Part shown: piece after piece, positions 50,868 to 59,478 of the stretch
Position numbering within the stretch: position 1 is the first letter of the stretch
Layout: every line of letters begins with the position of its first letter
Source of the DNA: Acidimicrobiia bacterium
GTDB lineage: Bacteria; Actinomycetota; Acidimicrobiia; Spongiisociales; JAHEDJ01
Direction: 5' to 3'
DNA: 60,325 nt
NCBI GenBank assembly: GCA_029210695.1
Contig: JARGFH010000021.1
Span: forward strand, 1-60,325
Position numbers and translations under genes: made by a program
The notes under the pieces: generated by a model
Told to the model about the DNA's origin: nothing
The model's database searches: none
Seen by the model: only the letters and a program-made list of their open reading frames with translations

Positions 50868-50902
50868 AGGTTCGAAGTTCTAGGTTTTGGGTTTTAGGTT
50901 CC
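50868..50902 (+). repeat. five degenerate tandem heptamers (consensus AGGTTYY)
   Basis: aggttcg|aagttct|aggtttt|gggtttt|aggttcc. Confidence 0.65.
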
Positions 50903-50913
50903 AGGGAGGCGCG

Positions 50914-52335
50914 ATGTTCGGCAGCTTTGGCGAGGTACTCGAATACATCGAGCGGGAAGGCATCGAGCAGATCGATGTGAAGGTCGTCGACCTGCAGGGT
51001 CGCTGGCGTCGTATGACCTACTCGGCGGCGCATGTCGGCAAGCGACTCTTCGAAGAGGGGACCGGGATCTCCCTGTCTCCATATCCGGGCTACCGGACGA
51101 TTGAGTCCGGTGACATGAAGGTTCGACCGGATATCTCCACAGGGTTCGTTGATCCGTTCCACACACGACCAACACTGGCCTTCATCTGCGACATGTACGA
51201 CAACGACGGAAATCGCTACGAGCGTGATCCGCGGTTCGTGCTCCAGAAGGCCGAGCAGGCTATTGCGGACCTCGGGCTGGGAGCAACGGCCCTCTTTTCG
51301 CCTGAGCTGGAGTTCTACATCCTCGACGGAGCCGACTATGGATCCTCGGCCGGGTCTGCTCACTACGACGTGGAATCCCATGCCGTCGGCTGGGGAGAGA
51401 GCGAGCAGCCTCTCTACCGACTGACCGGGATGGCCAAAGTGGGGCAGGTCGATCTGCCCCTCGATCGGTTTGCCCCGATACGAGAACAGATGGTTCGCCG
51501 GATCGAAGCGATCGGTATCCCCGTCAAGTACCACCACCAGGAACTCGGCACGCCGGGACAAGCGGAGATCGAGGTGTATTTCGATACGCCAGTTCGCACT
51601 GCCGACTCCATGATGATCATGCGCTACCTCATCAAGAACACGGCGCTCGAGTATTCCAAGATCGTGACGTTCATGCCGAAGCCGTTCGAGGGGCACGCAG
51701 GCAACGGTACCCACTTCCATCAGTACCTCACCGATGGCGAGCGGTCGATGTTCTACGACGTCGCCGGCTACGGCGGACTGAGTGAACTCGCCACCAACTA
51801 TCTCTGTGGACTGCTCGAGCACACGCCGGCGCTGATGGGAATCGGGAATGCCAGCACCAACTCTTACCGGCGATTCGCCCCCAACATGGCGGCGCCCGTC
51901 AAGCTCGTGTTCGGACTCGGGAATAGGTCATCTGCAGTGCGAATCCCGGGCTACGCAGTGAACGAACGGGAGGCTCGGGTCGAATACCGGATGCCCGACG
52001 CCACCGCCAACCCCTACCTCATCATTGCCGCCCAGCTCATGGCCGGTATCGATGGAGTGAATCGAAAGCTCGACCCGACGAAGCAGGGATTTGGGCCATA
52101 CGACGTGAACATCTACGACTTGCCGGCCGAGGAACAGGCCAAGCTCCGTGACGTTCCGATCACTTTCGAGGCGGCACTGGCCGAACTCGACGCCGATCGG
52201 GCATTCCTGACCGGGGACGGTGTGTTCCCAGACGAGCTGATCGACTCATATCTGAAGGTGAAAATGGATGCTGAAGTCGCCATGGTTCACGTCCGGCCCC
52301 ATCCGTACGAGTACGAGCTGTATTTCGATCTGTAG
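50914..52335 (+). CDS. type I glutamine synthetase-like protein with divergent amine site
   Basis: PELEFY, GQAE, TFMPKP, GNGTHFH, NRS..RIP, EYR, NIYDLP; lacks FDGSS and GYEAP. Confidence 0.88.
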   Translation: MFGSFGEVLEYIEREGIEQIDVKVVDLQGRWRRMTYSAAHVGKRLFEEGTGISLSPYPGYRTIESGDMKVRPDISTGFVDPFHTRPTLAFICDMYDNDGNRYERDPRFVLQKAEQAIADLGLGATALFSPELEFYILDGADYGSSAGSAHYDVESHAVGWGESEQPLYRLTGMAKVGQVDLPLDRFAPIREQMVRRIEAIGIPVKYHHQELGTPGQAEIEVYFDTPVRTADSMMIMRYLIKNTALEYSKIVTFMPKPFEGHAGNGTHFHQYLTDGERSMFYDVAGYGGLSELATNYLCGLLEHTPALMGIGNASTNSYRRFAPNMAAPVKLVFGLGNRSSAVRIPGYAVNEREARVEYRMPDATANPYLIIAAQLMAGIDGVNRKLDPTKQGFGPYDVNIYDLPAEEQAKLRDVPITFEAALAELDADRAFLTGDGVFPDELIDSYLKVKMDAEVAMVHVRPHPYEYELYFDL

Positions 52336-52346
52336 GGGGCGAGAAC

Positions 52347-52371
52347 CCGGGCGGGCGCGGCACCCGCCCGG
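52347..52371 (+). terminator. GC hairpin after the GS-like gene
   Basis: CCGGGCGGG/CCCGCCCGG inverted repeat. Confidence 0.55.
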
Positions 52372-52419
52372 CGCACTTCATTCGCGATACCGTCACTTGC
52401 TCCCGGTACCATCGCCGCC

Positions 52420-53553
52420 GTGAAGCTATTGCACACATCCGACTGGCACGTCGGACGGACGATCCGCGGCCGCAGTCGCGCCGACGAGCATCGGGCGGTC
52501 TTGTCAGAAATCGCCGGGATAGCTGCGGCCGAAGCGGTGGATCTCGTGCTGGTGGCCGGCGACCTCTTTGACGTCTCGGCTCCCAGTGCCGAGTCCGAGC
52601 GGATCGTCTACGAAGCGCTCCTCGGTCTGGCGAGGGTGGCCCCGGTGCTGGTTGTGTCCGGCAACCACGATCACCCACGGCGGCTCGAAGCCGTCTCTCC
52701 GCTTCTAGAACTCGGGCGGGTCACGGTGCTGGCGCTCCCTGCCAGAGCCGACGAGGGGGGCGTCGTTCGGTTGCCCGATCTCAACACCAGGGTGGCGCTG
52801 CTTCCGTTCCTCAGCCAGCGGGCGATCGTCACCGCTGATGACCTCATGGCACTTGATCCCGATCAGCACGACGGTAGGTACGCCGGGCGGCTCGGTGCGA
52901 TCATCGGGAGGCTCACCGAGGACATGACCACCGATGAGGTGAACATCCTGTGCTCCCATCTCACCGTGCACGGCGGCGAAATGGGGGGAGGAGAGCGAAC
53001 CGCTCACGTATTCCCGTACGCAATCGCCGCCCAATCCTTTCCCGGATCGCTTTCGTACGTGGCGCTGGGCCACCTACATCGCCTTCAGAAGGTACCCGCC
53101 CCCGCACCCGTTTGGTACTCGGGGTCACCACTCCAACTCGACTTCGGCGAGGTCGATGATACGAAGGGCGTGCTCGTTGTCGAAGCCGAGCCAGGGCTCC
53201 CTGCCGCCGTGCGTGAGGTGCGGCTCGAGACTGGGCGGCGGCTCATCCGGCTGAACGGGACTCTCGAACAAGTCGAAGCGCTGGTCGGGACCACCGGCGA
53301 TGCGTACCTGAAAGTCGAGCTCAACGAACCGGCCAGGGCGGGCCTGGCGGATGAGGTCCGCCGGCTCTTTCCGGAGGCCGTCGATGTTCTGCTGGCCGCG
53401 CCGGCCGAGCACAGGGCCGGACCGAAGGTAGAAGCCCGCCTCGGTAGATCTGCCGCCGAACTCTTCCGTGAATACCTTCAGGACCGGGGTGTCGATGATC
53501 CACGGCTCCCCGCCCTCTTCGACTTGTTGCTCGAGGAAACCTATGAGACCTAG
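52420..53553 (+). CDS. sbcD: Mre11/SbcD nuclease
   Basis: HTSDWH, AGDLFD, GNHD, ALGHLH, YSGSP. Confidence 0.95.
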   Translation: MKLLHTSDWHVGRTIRGRSRADEHRAVLSEIAGIAAAEAVDLVLVAGDLFDVSAPSAESERIVYEALLGLARVAPVLVVSGNHDHPRRLEAVSPLLELGRVTVLALPARADEGGVVRLPDLNTRVALLPFLSQRAIVTADDLMALDPDQHDGRYAGRLGAIIGRLTEDMTTDEVNILCSHLTVHGGEMGGGERTAHVFPYAIAAQSFPGSLSYVALGHLHRLQKVPAPAPVWYSGSPLQLDFGEVDDTKGVLVVEAEPGLPAAVREVRLETGRRLIRLNGTLEQVEALVGTTGDAYLKVELNEPARAGLADEVRRLFPEAVDVLLAAPAEHRAGPKVEARLGRSAAELFREYLQDRGVDDPRLPALFDLLLEETYET

Positions 53554-55918
53554 GCGCCTCGAACTCGAAGGTTTCACCGCCTTTCGGAACAAAACCATTG
53601 TCGACTTCGAGGGTGCCGACCTCTTCGCCTTCGTTGGGCCTACCGGGAGCGGGAAGTCGAGTCTGGTCGACGCGATCCTCTTCGCCCTCTACGGGATCGT
53701 GCCCCGCTACGGCGATAAGCGGGCCGTTGAACCCGTCGTCTCGTTGGGGAAGAACGAGGCAAGGGTCAGATTCGATTTCTCCGTCGGAGACACGAATTAC
53801 TCCGCAGCGCGGGTAGTCCGGCGCACCAAGACCGGTGCGACCACCGCGGAAGCTCGTCTCGAGGGCGGTGCCGAGCCGATCATGGGCGCAGATGAGGTCA
53901 CAGAAGCGGTTGAGGCATTGCTAGGGCTCGGGTTCGATCACTTCACGAAGTGCGTTGTGCTGCCACAGGGTCAATTCGCAGCATTCCTACACGACTCAGC
54001 CGCCAAACGCCAGGAACTCCTGCGGCAGTTGCTGGACCTTGGCCGCTACCGGCGAATCAGGGAGGTTGCCGTCGAGCGGCAACGCCTGGCGGACGCCAGG
54101 GTCGAGGTTTTGACCACCCAGATCAACGATCTCGCCTTTGCAACTGAGGCGGCGCTGGAGGCGGCCGAAACACGACGGGTCGGGCTGGCCGCACTGCGCG
54201 ACGAGATCGATGCTCTGGAGCCGGAACTCGAGCAAACCCGCAGATCGGCGCGCCTCGATGAGGAGGCTGCCGCCAACGCCCGCCGCAATGTGGAGATTCT
54301 TCGATCGGTCGCTTCGCCCGCCGGGCTCGCCGAGCTCGTCGAACTCGCCGATCAGGTCTCCGGCCGGCTCGCTGCCGCTCAAGCTGCCGCTACGGAGGCG
54401 GCCGAGCAACGCAGGAGCCTCGATGAGCAGTCGGCCGGCCTGGCCGACGCAGCCGCGGTCGCCCGGCTCAGCGATTTGCATCAGCGGCTCGCCCATGAAC
54501 TCGAGACGGAGAAGACGATCTCGCTCGAGGTGGACACGGCTTGCAAGGCCGCCACCGCGGCACGAGCCGAGGCGACCGCGGCCGAGGTGATGTTCGATGA
54601 TGCTGTGGAGCGCATCGAGGGTCTGCGACGCGAGCACGCTGCACATGCTCTGGCAGCGCATCTGGCGGTCGGAGAACCGTGCCCTGTGTGCCACCAGCGG
54701 GTCGAGTCGATTCCCGCGCTGAGTACGCCCGCCGCACTGGAGGCGGCAGAACGCGAAGCCGATCGCCTCCGGGTGAACCGGACGGCTGCTGCGACGGCTG
54801 CTGCACAGGCGGGTGAGGCACTGGCGGCGATCGAGTCCCGCTACACCGAAGGTGCAGACAGGATTGCGGTGCTGCGCGACCGGCTGGCCGGCCAGCCCGA
54901 TGCCGATGAGACCCTGCAGCTCCAGAAGGCGCGGACCGACCTCGATACGGCACTTCGAGCGGGGCGCGAAATGGAACTGGCGGCCGTCCAAGCAGTCGAG
55001 TCCGCCCGCCGGGAGGGCCAGGATCTGGCGCGGCGAGTTGAGGAGGCCCGTCGCCAATTCGACGCGACTCGCGACAAGGTAGCGGCGCTGGCACCACCGA
55101 CTCCGAAACGGGAGAGGCTCGACGCCGATTGGTCTGCGCTCGTCCAGTGGGCAGTCGGGATGGCGGACGAGCTTTCCGTACAAGCGGACGCAAAGGCTCA
55201 GTCTGTCGAGGAGGCTGCAGCCGCGGTCGCTGCGCACGAGCAGCGATTCGCCAAAGACCTCGCCGCTCTCGACCTGGCGGTGGGCGATCGCAAAGCCCGC
55301 GATGTCTGTGTCGATGCGCTGGCCGCCGCCACCCAGCAAGTGGAGCACATCGCAAGCGCACGAGTTAAGGCGGCCGGTTTAGCGAAAGAACGCGACGCTG
55401 AACAGGAGTCGGCACTGATCGCCAAGAGCCTGGCCCATCATCTGGCGGCCAACGGCTTCGAGGGCTGGGTGATGGCTGAAGCCCTCGAAGCTCTCGTCCA
55501 AGGAGCGAATCTGCGCCTCGATGATCTGTCCAGCGGAGCGTTTTCGCTGGAGCTGGAGAAACGGGAGTTCCGGGTCATCGATCATCGAAATGCCGATGAG
55601 CGACGCTCGGTCAAGACGCTCTCCGGTGGCGAGACCTTCCTCGTGTCCCTCGCCCTGGCGCTCGCACTTGCCGAGGAACTGGCCTCCATGTCGGCACAGG
55701 GTGTTGCGCGTCTCGAATCGATGTTTCTCGACGAGGGGTTCGGCGCACTCGACGCGGAAACCCTCGATGTGGTCGCTACCGTTATCCACGAACTCGGTTC
55801 CGATGGCCGCATGATTGGATTGATCACTCACGTGAAGGATCTCGCCGATCAGGTGCCGGTCCGGTTTGAGATCCGGAAGGGTCCGGGAGGAGCGACGGTT
55901 GAGCGGGTGGACGCATGA
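53543..55918 (+). CDS. sbcC: Rad50/SbcC SMC-like ATPase
   Basis: GPTGSGKS, LPQGQF Q-loop, CPVC zinc hook, LSGGE, FLDEGFG, ITH. Confidence 0.95.
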   Translation: MRPRRLELEGFTAFRNKTIVDFEGADLFAFVGPTGSGKSSLVDAILFALYGIVPRYGDKRAVEPVVSLGKNEARVRFDFSVGDTNYSAARVVRRTKTGATTAEARLEGGAEPIMGADEVTEAVEALLGLGFDHFTKCVVLPQGQFAAFLHDSAAKRQELLRQLLDLGRYRRIREVAVERQRLADARVEVLTTQINDLAFATEAALEAAETRRVGLAALRDEIDALEPELEQTRRSARLDEEAAANARRNVEILRSVASPAGLAELVELADQVSGRLAAAQAAATEAAEQRRSLDEQSAGLADAAAVARLSDLHQRLAHELETEKTISLEVDTACKAATAARAEATAAEVMFDDAVERIEGLRREHAAHALAAHLAVGEPCPVCHQRVESIPALSTPAALEAAEREADRLRVNRTAAATAAAQAGEALAAIESRYTEGADRIAVLRDRLAGQPDADETLQLQKARTDLDTALRAGREMELAAVQAVESARREGQDLARRVEEARRQFDATRDKVAALAPPTPKRERLDADWSALVQWAVGMADELSVQADAKAQSVEEAAAAVAAHEQRFAKDLAALDLAVGDRKARDVCVDALAAATQQVEHIASARVKAAGLAKERDAEQESALIAKSLAHHLAANGFEGWVMAEALEALVQGANLRLDDLSSGAFSLELEKREFRVIDHRNADERRSVKTLSGGETFLVSLALALALAEELASMSAQGVARLESMFLDEGFGALDAETLDVVATVIHELGSDGRMIGLITHVKDLADQVPVRFEIRKGPGGATVERVDA

Positions 55919-56823
55919 AGTTCTCGATTGAGCCATGGGCGCCCGAGTACGGTGTTGCCTCGGGCGCCGAGATGGAAGACACGACGTCGCCCCCGGCGCT
56001 CGATGTCGAGGTTGCTGCCGCCGATTGGGCTCCTGTCAGCCCGGCCGGTGCGGGTGCTTCATCTGTGCTCTTCGTCGACGGCGTCAGACGGATCGACGCC
56101 AACGTTTGGATCACCCAGCCGGATGGAACGACCGCCCTCGGAATCTGTGCCTCGTATGCGGCAGGGGCCGTGCGGGCCGATGGAAGCGCTGATCTCGTCG
56201 AGACGGTCGTCGAACGCGGCCTGTTCACGTCGGCCAACCAAGCCGAGGATATCGTGACCAGGCGCTCCTGCTATTCGGTGCGAGCGGCGGCGGGGGAGTC
56301 CCCGGAGGCGCTGTGGCTGGCCATGCAGCAGCGGATGGGTGAGCTGGAAGGCGCCATCGTTGCCAAACACGAGGGCGCCGACCTGGTCGTGGCAGACGGT
56401 CCGCTGAGGGCCGGGAAGCATGTTCCGTCGTCGGTCGGCTACATCAAGACCCACCATGTTCATTACCTTCCGCCGGCCGTCCGACCCGTTCTCGGGTCCC
56501 TCGCAGCAGGCCAGCGGACTCCCGTGTTCCTCTCGACCACGTCGTGGTCGCGATACATGTGGTACGTGCGCTTGCCGGGACCGGCCGGGCATCCGCTTGC
56601 GTCCGTCGTCCGCCTCGAAGCCTCTGCCGATCAGTCACCGGCGTCGGCGGTCGAACTCGCAAATCTGGTCAGCGTCTCACTCCCACGCTTCGCATCTCAG
56701 GGGCACAAGGACCCGCGCGCTCCCCAGAATCTCTATCCGATCGCCGGACTGGAGCGAGAGCTACGCCGGCGTTTGGGCGACCAGGCCTTGCTGTTTCGGG
56801 ATCTGCGGGTCGCGGCGACCTGA
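55915..56823 (+). CDS. nurA: NurA-family nuclease
   Basis: FVDGVRR, ADGPL, GYIKTH, DPRAPQNLYPI..LE; ATGA-coupled to sbcC. Confidence 0.8.
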   Translation: MKFSIEPWAPEYGVASGAEMEDTTSPPALDVEVAAADWAPVSPAGAGASSVLFVDGVRRIDANVWITQPDGTTALGICASYAAGAVRADGSADLVETVVERGLFTSANQAEDIVTRRSCYSVRAAAGESPEALWLAMQQRMGELEGAIVAKHEGADLVVADGPLRAGKHVPSSVGYIKTHHVHYLPPAVRPVLGSLAAGQRTPVFLSTTSWSRYMWYVRLPGPAGHPLASVVRLEASADQSPASAVELANLVSVSLPRFASQGHKDPRAPQNLYPIAGLERELRRRLGDQALLFRDLRVAAT

Positions 56824-56826
56824 GTA

Positions 56827-57819
56827 TCACGCTTCGCGTTTCGGTTGCCTGGTCATGAGGGCCAACACCGCCTCGCGCGGGTGCGCGCCGTCGTAGAGGA
56901 CGCGGCCGACCTGGGCGGCGATCGGCGTTTCCACCCCGACTCTTTCTGCCAGATCCAGGACGGCTCTGGTCGTCTTGACTCCTTCGGCAACCATGCGCAT
57001 GTCGTCGATGATCTCGTCGAGCGAGTGCCCTTTGGCCAGTTCCACTCCTACGCGATGGTTCCTGCTCTGAGAACTCGTACAGGTGGCGATGAGATCTCCA
57101 ACTCCTGCGAGGCCGGCGAACGTATTCGGTTCACCACCGAGTGCTACACCGAGCCTCGTGAGTTCGGCGATCGCCCGCGTAACCAGCGCAGCCAGCGTGT
57201 TGTCCCCGAGGCCCAGGCCGCGTGCCATCCCTGCTGCGATGGCCATCACGTTCTTGAGTGCCCCGGCCGTTTCGCAACCGATCACGTCCTGATTGGTGTA
57301 GACGCGAAACGTCGGATCCATGAACGCCTGCTGAAGTGAGCCGGCGACTCCGAGGTCGGACATAGCAATGACGGTGGCGGCGGGTTGACCCTCCATGATC
57401 TCCTTCGCCAGATTTGGACCGGTGAGAACACCGATCGTCGCCGGGTCGTGGGAGGGGAGGACTTCCGCCGTAACCTCGCTCATTCGCTTGAGTGATTCCT
57501 GCTCGATGCCCTTGGTCAGGCTGAGGATCGGAAGATCGTCACCGACGAAGCCGGCCAACTCGGTGAGGACCGCCCGGTAGCCGTGGGACGGAACCGCCAT
57601 GATGAGCGCCTCGACGCCGGCCACTGTCTGTTCGAGATCAGTGGAGGCGCGCAAGCCGTAGGGAAGTCTGAAACCAGTCAGGTAGTCCGGGTTCTCGCCT
57701 GCGTTGATCGCCACAGCGAGTTCGTTCCGTCGAGCCCACAACGTCACAGGTTGGCGGCGAGCCGCCAGCGCCGCCACCGTCGTACCCCAGGAACCGGCAC
57801 CAATCACAGCCATCTTCAT
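56827..57819 (-). CDS. gpsA: NAD(P)H-dependent glycerol-3-phosphate dehydrogenase
   Basis: GAGSWGT, AVPS, TKGIE, GALKNV, GDLIATC.S..SRN, VAEGV. Confidence 0.96.
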   Translation of the reverse strand: MKMAVIGAGSWGTTVAALAARRQPVTLWARRNELAVAINAGENPDYLTGFRLPYGLRASTDLEQTVAGVEALIMAVPSHGYRAVLTELAGFVGDDLPILSLTKGIEQESLKRMSEVTAEVLPSHDPATIGVLTGPNLAKEIMEGQPAATVIAMSDLGVAGSLQQAFMDPTFRVYTNQDVIGCETAGALKNVMAIAAGMARGLGLGDNTLAALVTRAIAELTRLGVALGGEPNTFAGLAGVGDLIATCTSSQSRNHRVGVELAKGHSLDEIIDDMRMVAEGVKTTRAVLDLAERVGVETPIAAQVGRVLYDGAHPREAVLALMTRQPKREA

Positions 57820-57894
57820 CGAACATCCTTTCGGCGGAATCCCACGATACGGCACCAAACTGCGCGATGTGAGCCACGGCTACAATCGCTCGCT

Positions 57895-58971
57895 GTGGCA
57901 AAGATCGGAATACTCGGGTACCCCAACGTTGGTAAGACCACTCTGTTCAACGCGTTGACCGGGCTGACTGCGCCGACTGCTGCTCATCCGTTCTCGACCC
58001 TCGAACCAAATGTGGGGGTCGCTTCCGTTCCCGATTCCAGGCTCGATCGTGCGGCTGCCGTCGAGCGCTCGGTCAAGATCGTGCATGCGCAACTGGAACT
58101 CCTCGATGTGCCGGCCATGGTCAAACCGGGACACGGTGGGGGATTGGCCGGCCAGTTCCTGGCTCGACTCCGGGATGTCGAAGCGCTCGCCATCGTGTTG
58201 CGGGCGTTCGAAGATGTGGCAGTCCCCGATGATGAATCCGGCGTCGACGCCGTTGCGCAAGCGCAGGAGTTGCTGCTCGAGCTAGCCCTGGCCGACTTCG
58301 ATGTGTTCGAACGCCGGCGAGCCAAACTCGCCAAGGAGGCAACCGCCGACTCATCGAAACGCGGAGCGGCCGAGGCGATCGCGGCCGGGACCGCAGTGCT
58401 GGAGGCGGGTGAAGCCCTCCGGCAGCACGCGTGGGAGCGGGAAGCCCTCACCGCCTTCCGGGATCTGGCCCCGCTGTCGCTGAAGCCGGCCGTTTGGGTG
58501 GTCAACGCCGGGGAGGACGCCGACGCCGGCGCTCTGGCCGGCGAGGTGGCGGAGGTCGTCCCGCCCGGCGATACCGTCGTCGCCGTGTCTGCCGTCCTGG
58601 AAGAGGAGGCTGCTCAGCTGGATCCTGCCGATCGAGCGGAGCTCTTCGAAGGCCTTGGCCTCGGTGAGGGGGCCCTGAATCGAATGGTGCGGGCGTCGTA
58701 CACGGCGCTTGGATTGCAGTCGTTCTTCACCCTCGGCCCGAAGGAAGCTCATGCGTGGACGGTGCGGGTGGGAGCGACCGCCCCTGAGGCGGCCGGGAAG
58801 ATCCACTCCGACCTGGAGCGGGGATTCATCAGGGCGGAGATCGTGCCGATCGATGCTGCGATCGAAGCCGGAGGCTGGGATGCTGCCAAGGCGGCCGGGC
58901 TCGTGCGGGTCGAAGGGAAGTCGTACACCATGGTCGAAGGCGACGTTATCAACGTGCGTTTCTCGGTCTGA
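57895..58971 (+). CDS. ychF: YchF-family ATPase (Obg-like, C-terminal TGS/DUF933)
   Basis: GYPNVGKTTLFNALT, PFSTLEPN, AAGKIHSDLERGFIRAE, EGKSY. Confidence 0.85.
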   Translation: MAKIGILGYPNVGKTTLFNALTGLTAPTAAHPFSTLEPNVGVASVPDSRLDRAAAVERSVKIVHAQLELLDVPAMVKPGHGGGLAGQFLARLRDVEALAIVLRAFEDVAVPDDESGVDAVAQAQELLLELALADFDVFERRRAKLAKEATADSSKRGAAEAIAAGTAVLEAGEALRQHAWEREALTAFRDLAPLSLKPAVWVVNAGEDADAGALAGEVAEVVPPGDTVVAVSAVLEEEAAQLDPADRAELFEGLGLGEGALNRMVRASYTALGLQSFFTLGPKEAHAWTVRVGATAPEAAGKIHSDLERGFIRAEIVPIDAAIEAGGWDAAKAAGLVRVEGKSYTMVEGDVINVRFSV

Positions 58972-59000
58972 TTGGAACGCCCGCCGCTATTCTCGGGGTG

Positions 59001-59180
59001 ATGGTCGATCAGCTCGACACAGAGATACCGCGGCTCGATCCGATGGCGCCTGCGGAAGCCCGCGCCGAATTCGTGCGGAACCTCAAAGCGCTGGTGGCCG
59101 CCGGATCCTATGAGGTCCCATCCGACGAGATTGCACTGGCCGTTCTGACCGATTTGGTCAGAAACAACCACTGCGCGTGA
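59001..59180 (+). CDS. small FlgM C-terminal-domain-like protein 1
   Basis: RAEFVRNLKALVAAGSYEVPSDEIALAVL resembles the FlgM helix-GxY-helix motif; TATTCT -10 lies 7 nt before the ATG. Confidence 0.65.
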   Translation: MVDQLDTEIPRLDPMAPAEARAEFVRNLKALVAAGSYEVPSDEIALAVLTDLVRNNHCA

Positions 59181-59189
59181 GATTTCCCT

Positions 59190-59217
59190 TCAATAGTGGC
59201 GGTTGGCGTGCCGATGC
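59190..59217 (+). promoter_or_regulatory. sigma28 (FliA/SigD/WhiG)-like promoter
   Basis: TCAA(59190-59193), 16-nt spacer, GCCGATGC(59210-59217); GTG/ATG 6-9 nt downstream. Confidence 0.55.
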
Positions 59218-59226
59218 TTCTATGTG

Positions 59227-59418
59227 ATGATCGAGGAAACGCACCGCAGTTGGTGGCAATCCCGGCTCGATGATCTCTCTGAGAGAATCGCGGCCGGAGA
59301 TTATTTCGTGCCTGCTGAAGAGATCGCCGCGGCAATTCTCTTCGGCCGGCCCAAGTGGGGCGAGAATCCTGAACTGATCGAAGAGATCCCCCTCGAGCGT
59401 CGAGTCGTCGCCGGGTGA
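59227..59418 (+). CDS. small FlgM C-terminal-domain-like protein 2
   Basis: RLDDLSERIAAGDYFVPAEEIAAAIL; paralogous to the upstream ORF. Confidence 0.65.
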   Translation: MIEETHRSWWQSRLDDLSERIAAGDYFVPAEEIAAAILFGRPKWGENPELIEEIPLERRVVAG

Positions 59419-59478
59419 GCCGAGGCTCTCGTACCGCCGACGAGCGCAACTGCATGGCGGGAGGCTGGTTCGGTTTGG

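Noticed and set aside
53996..55348. Long antisense ORFs (also 144..1088, 39470..40510, 49203..50228 and others)
   Set aside because: Shadow frames of well-supported genes in GC-rich DNA, with no recognisable motifs
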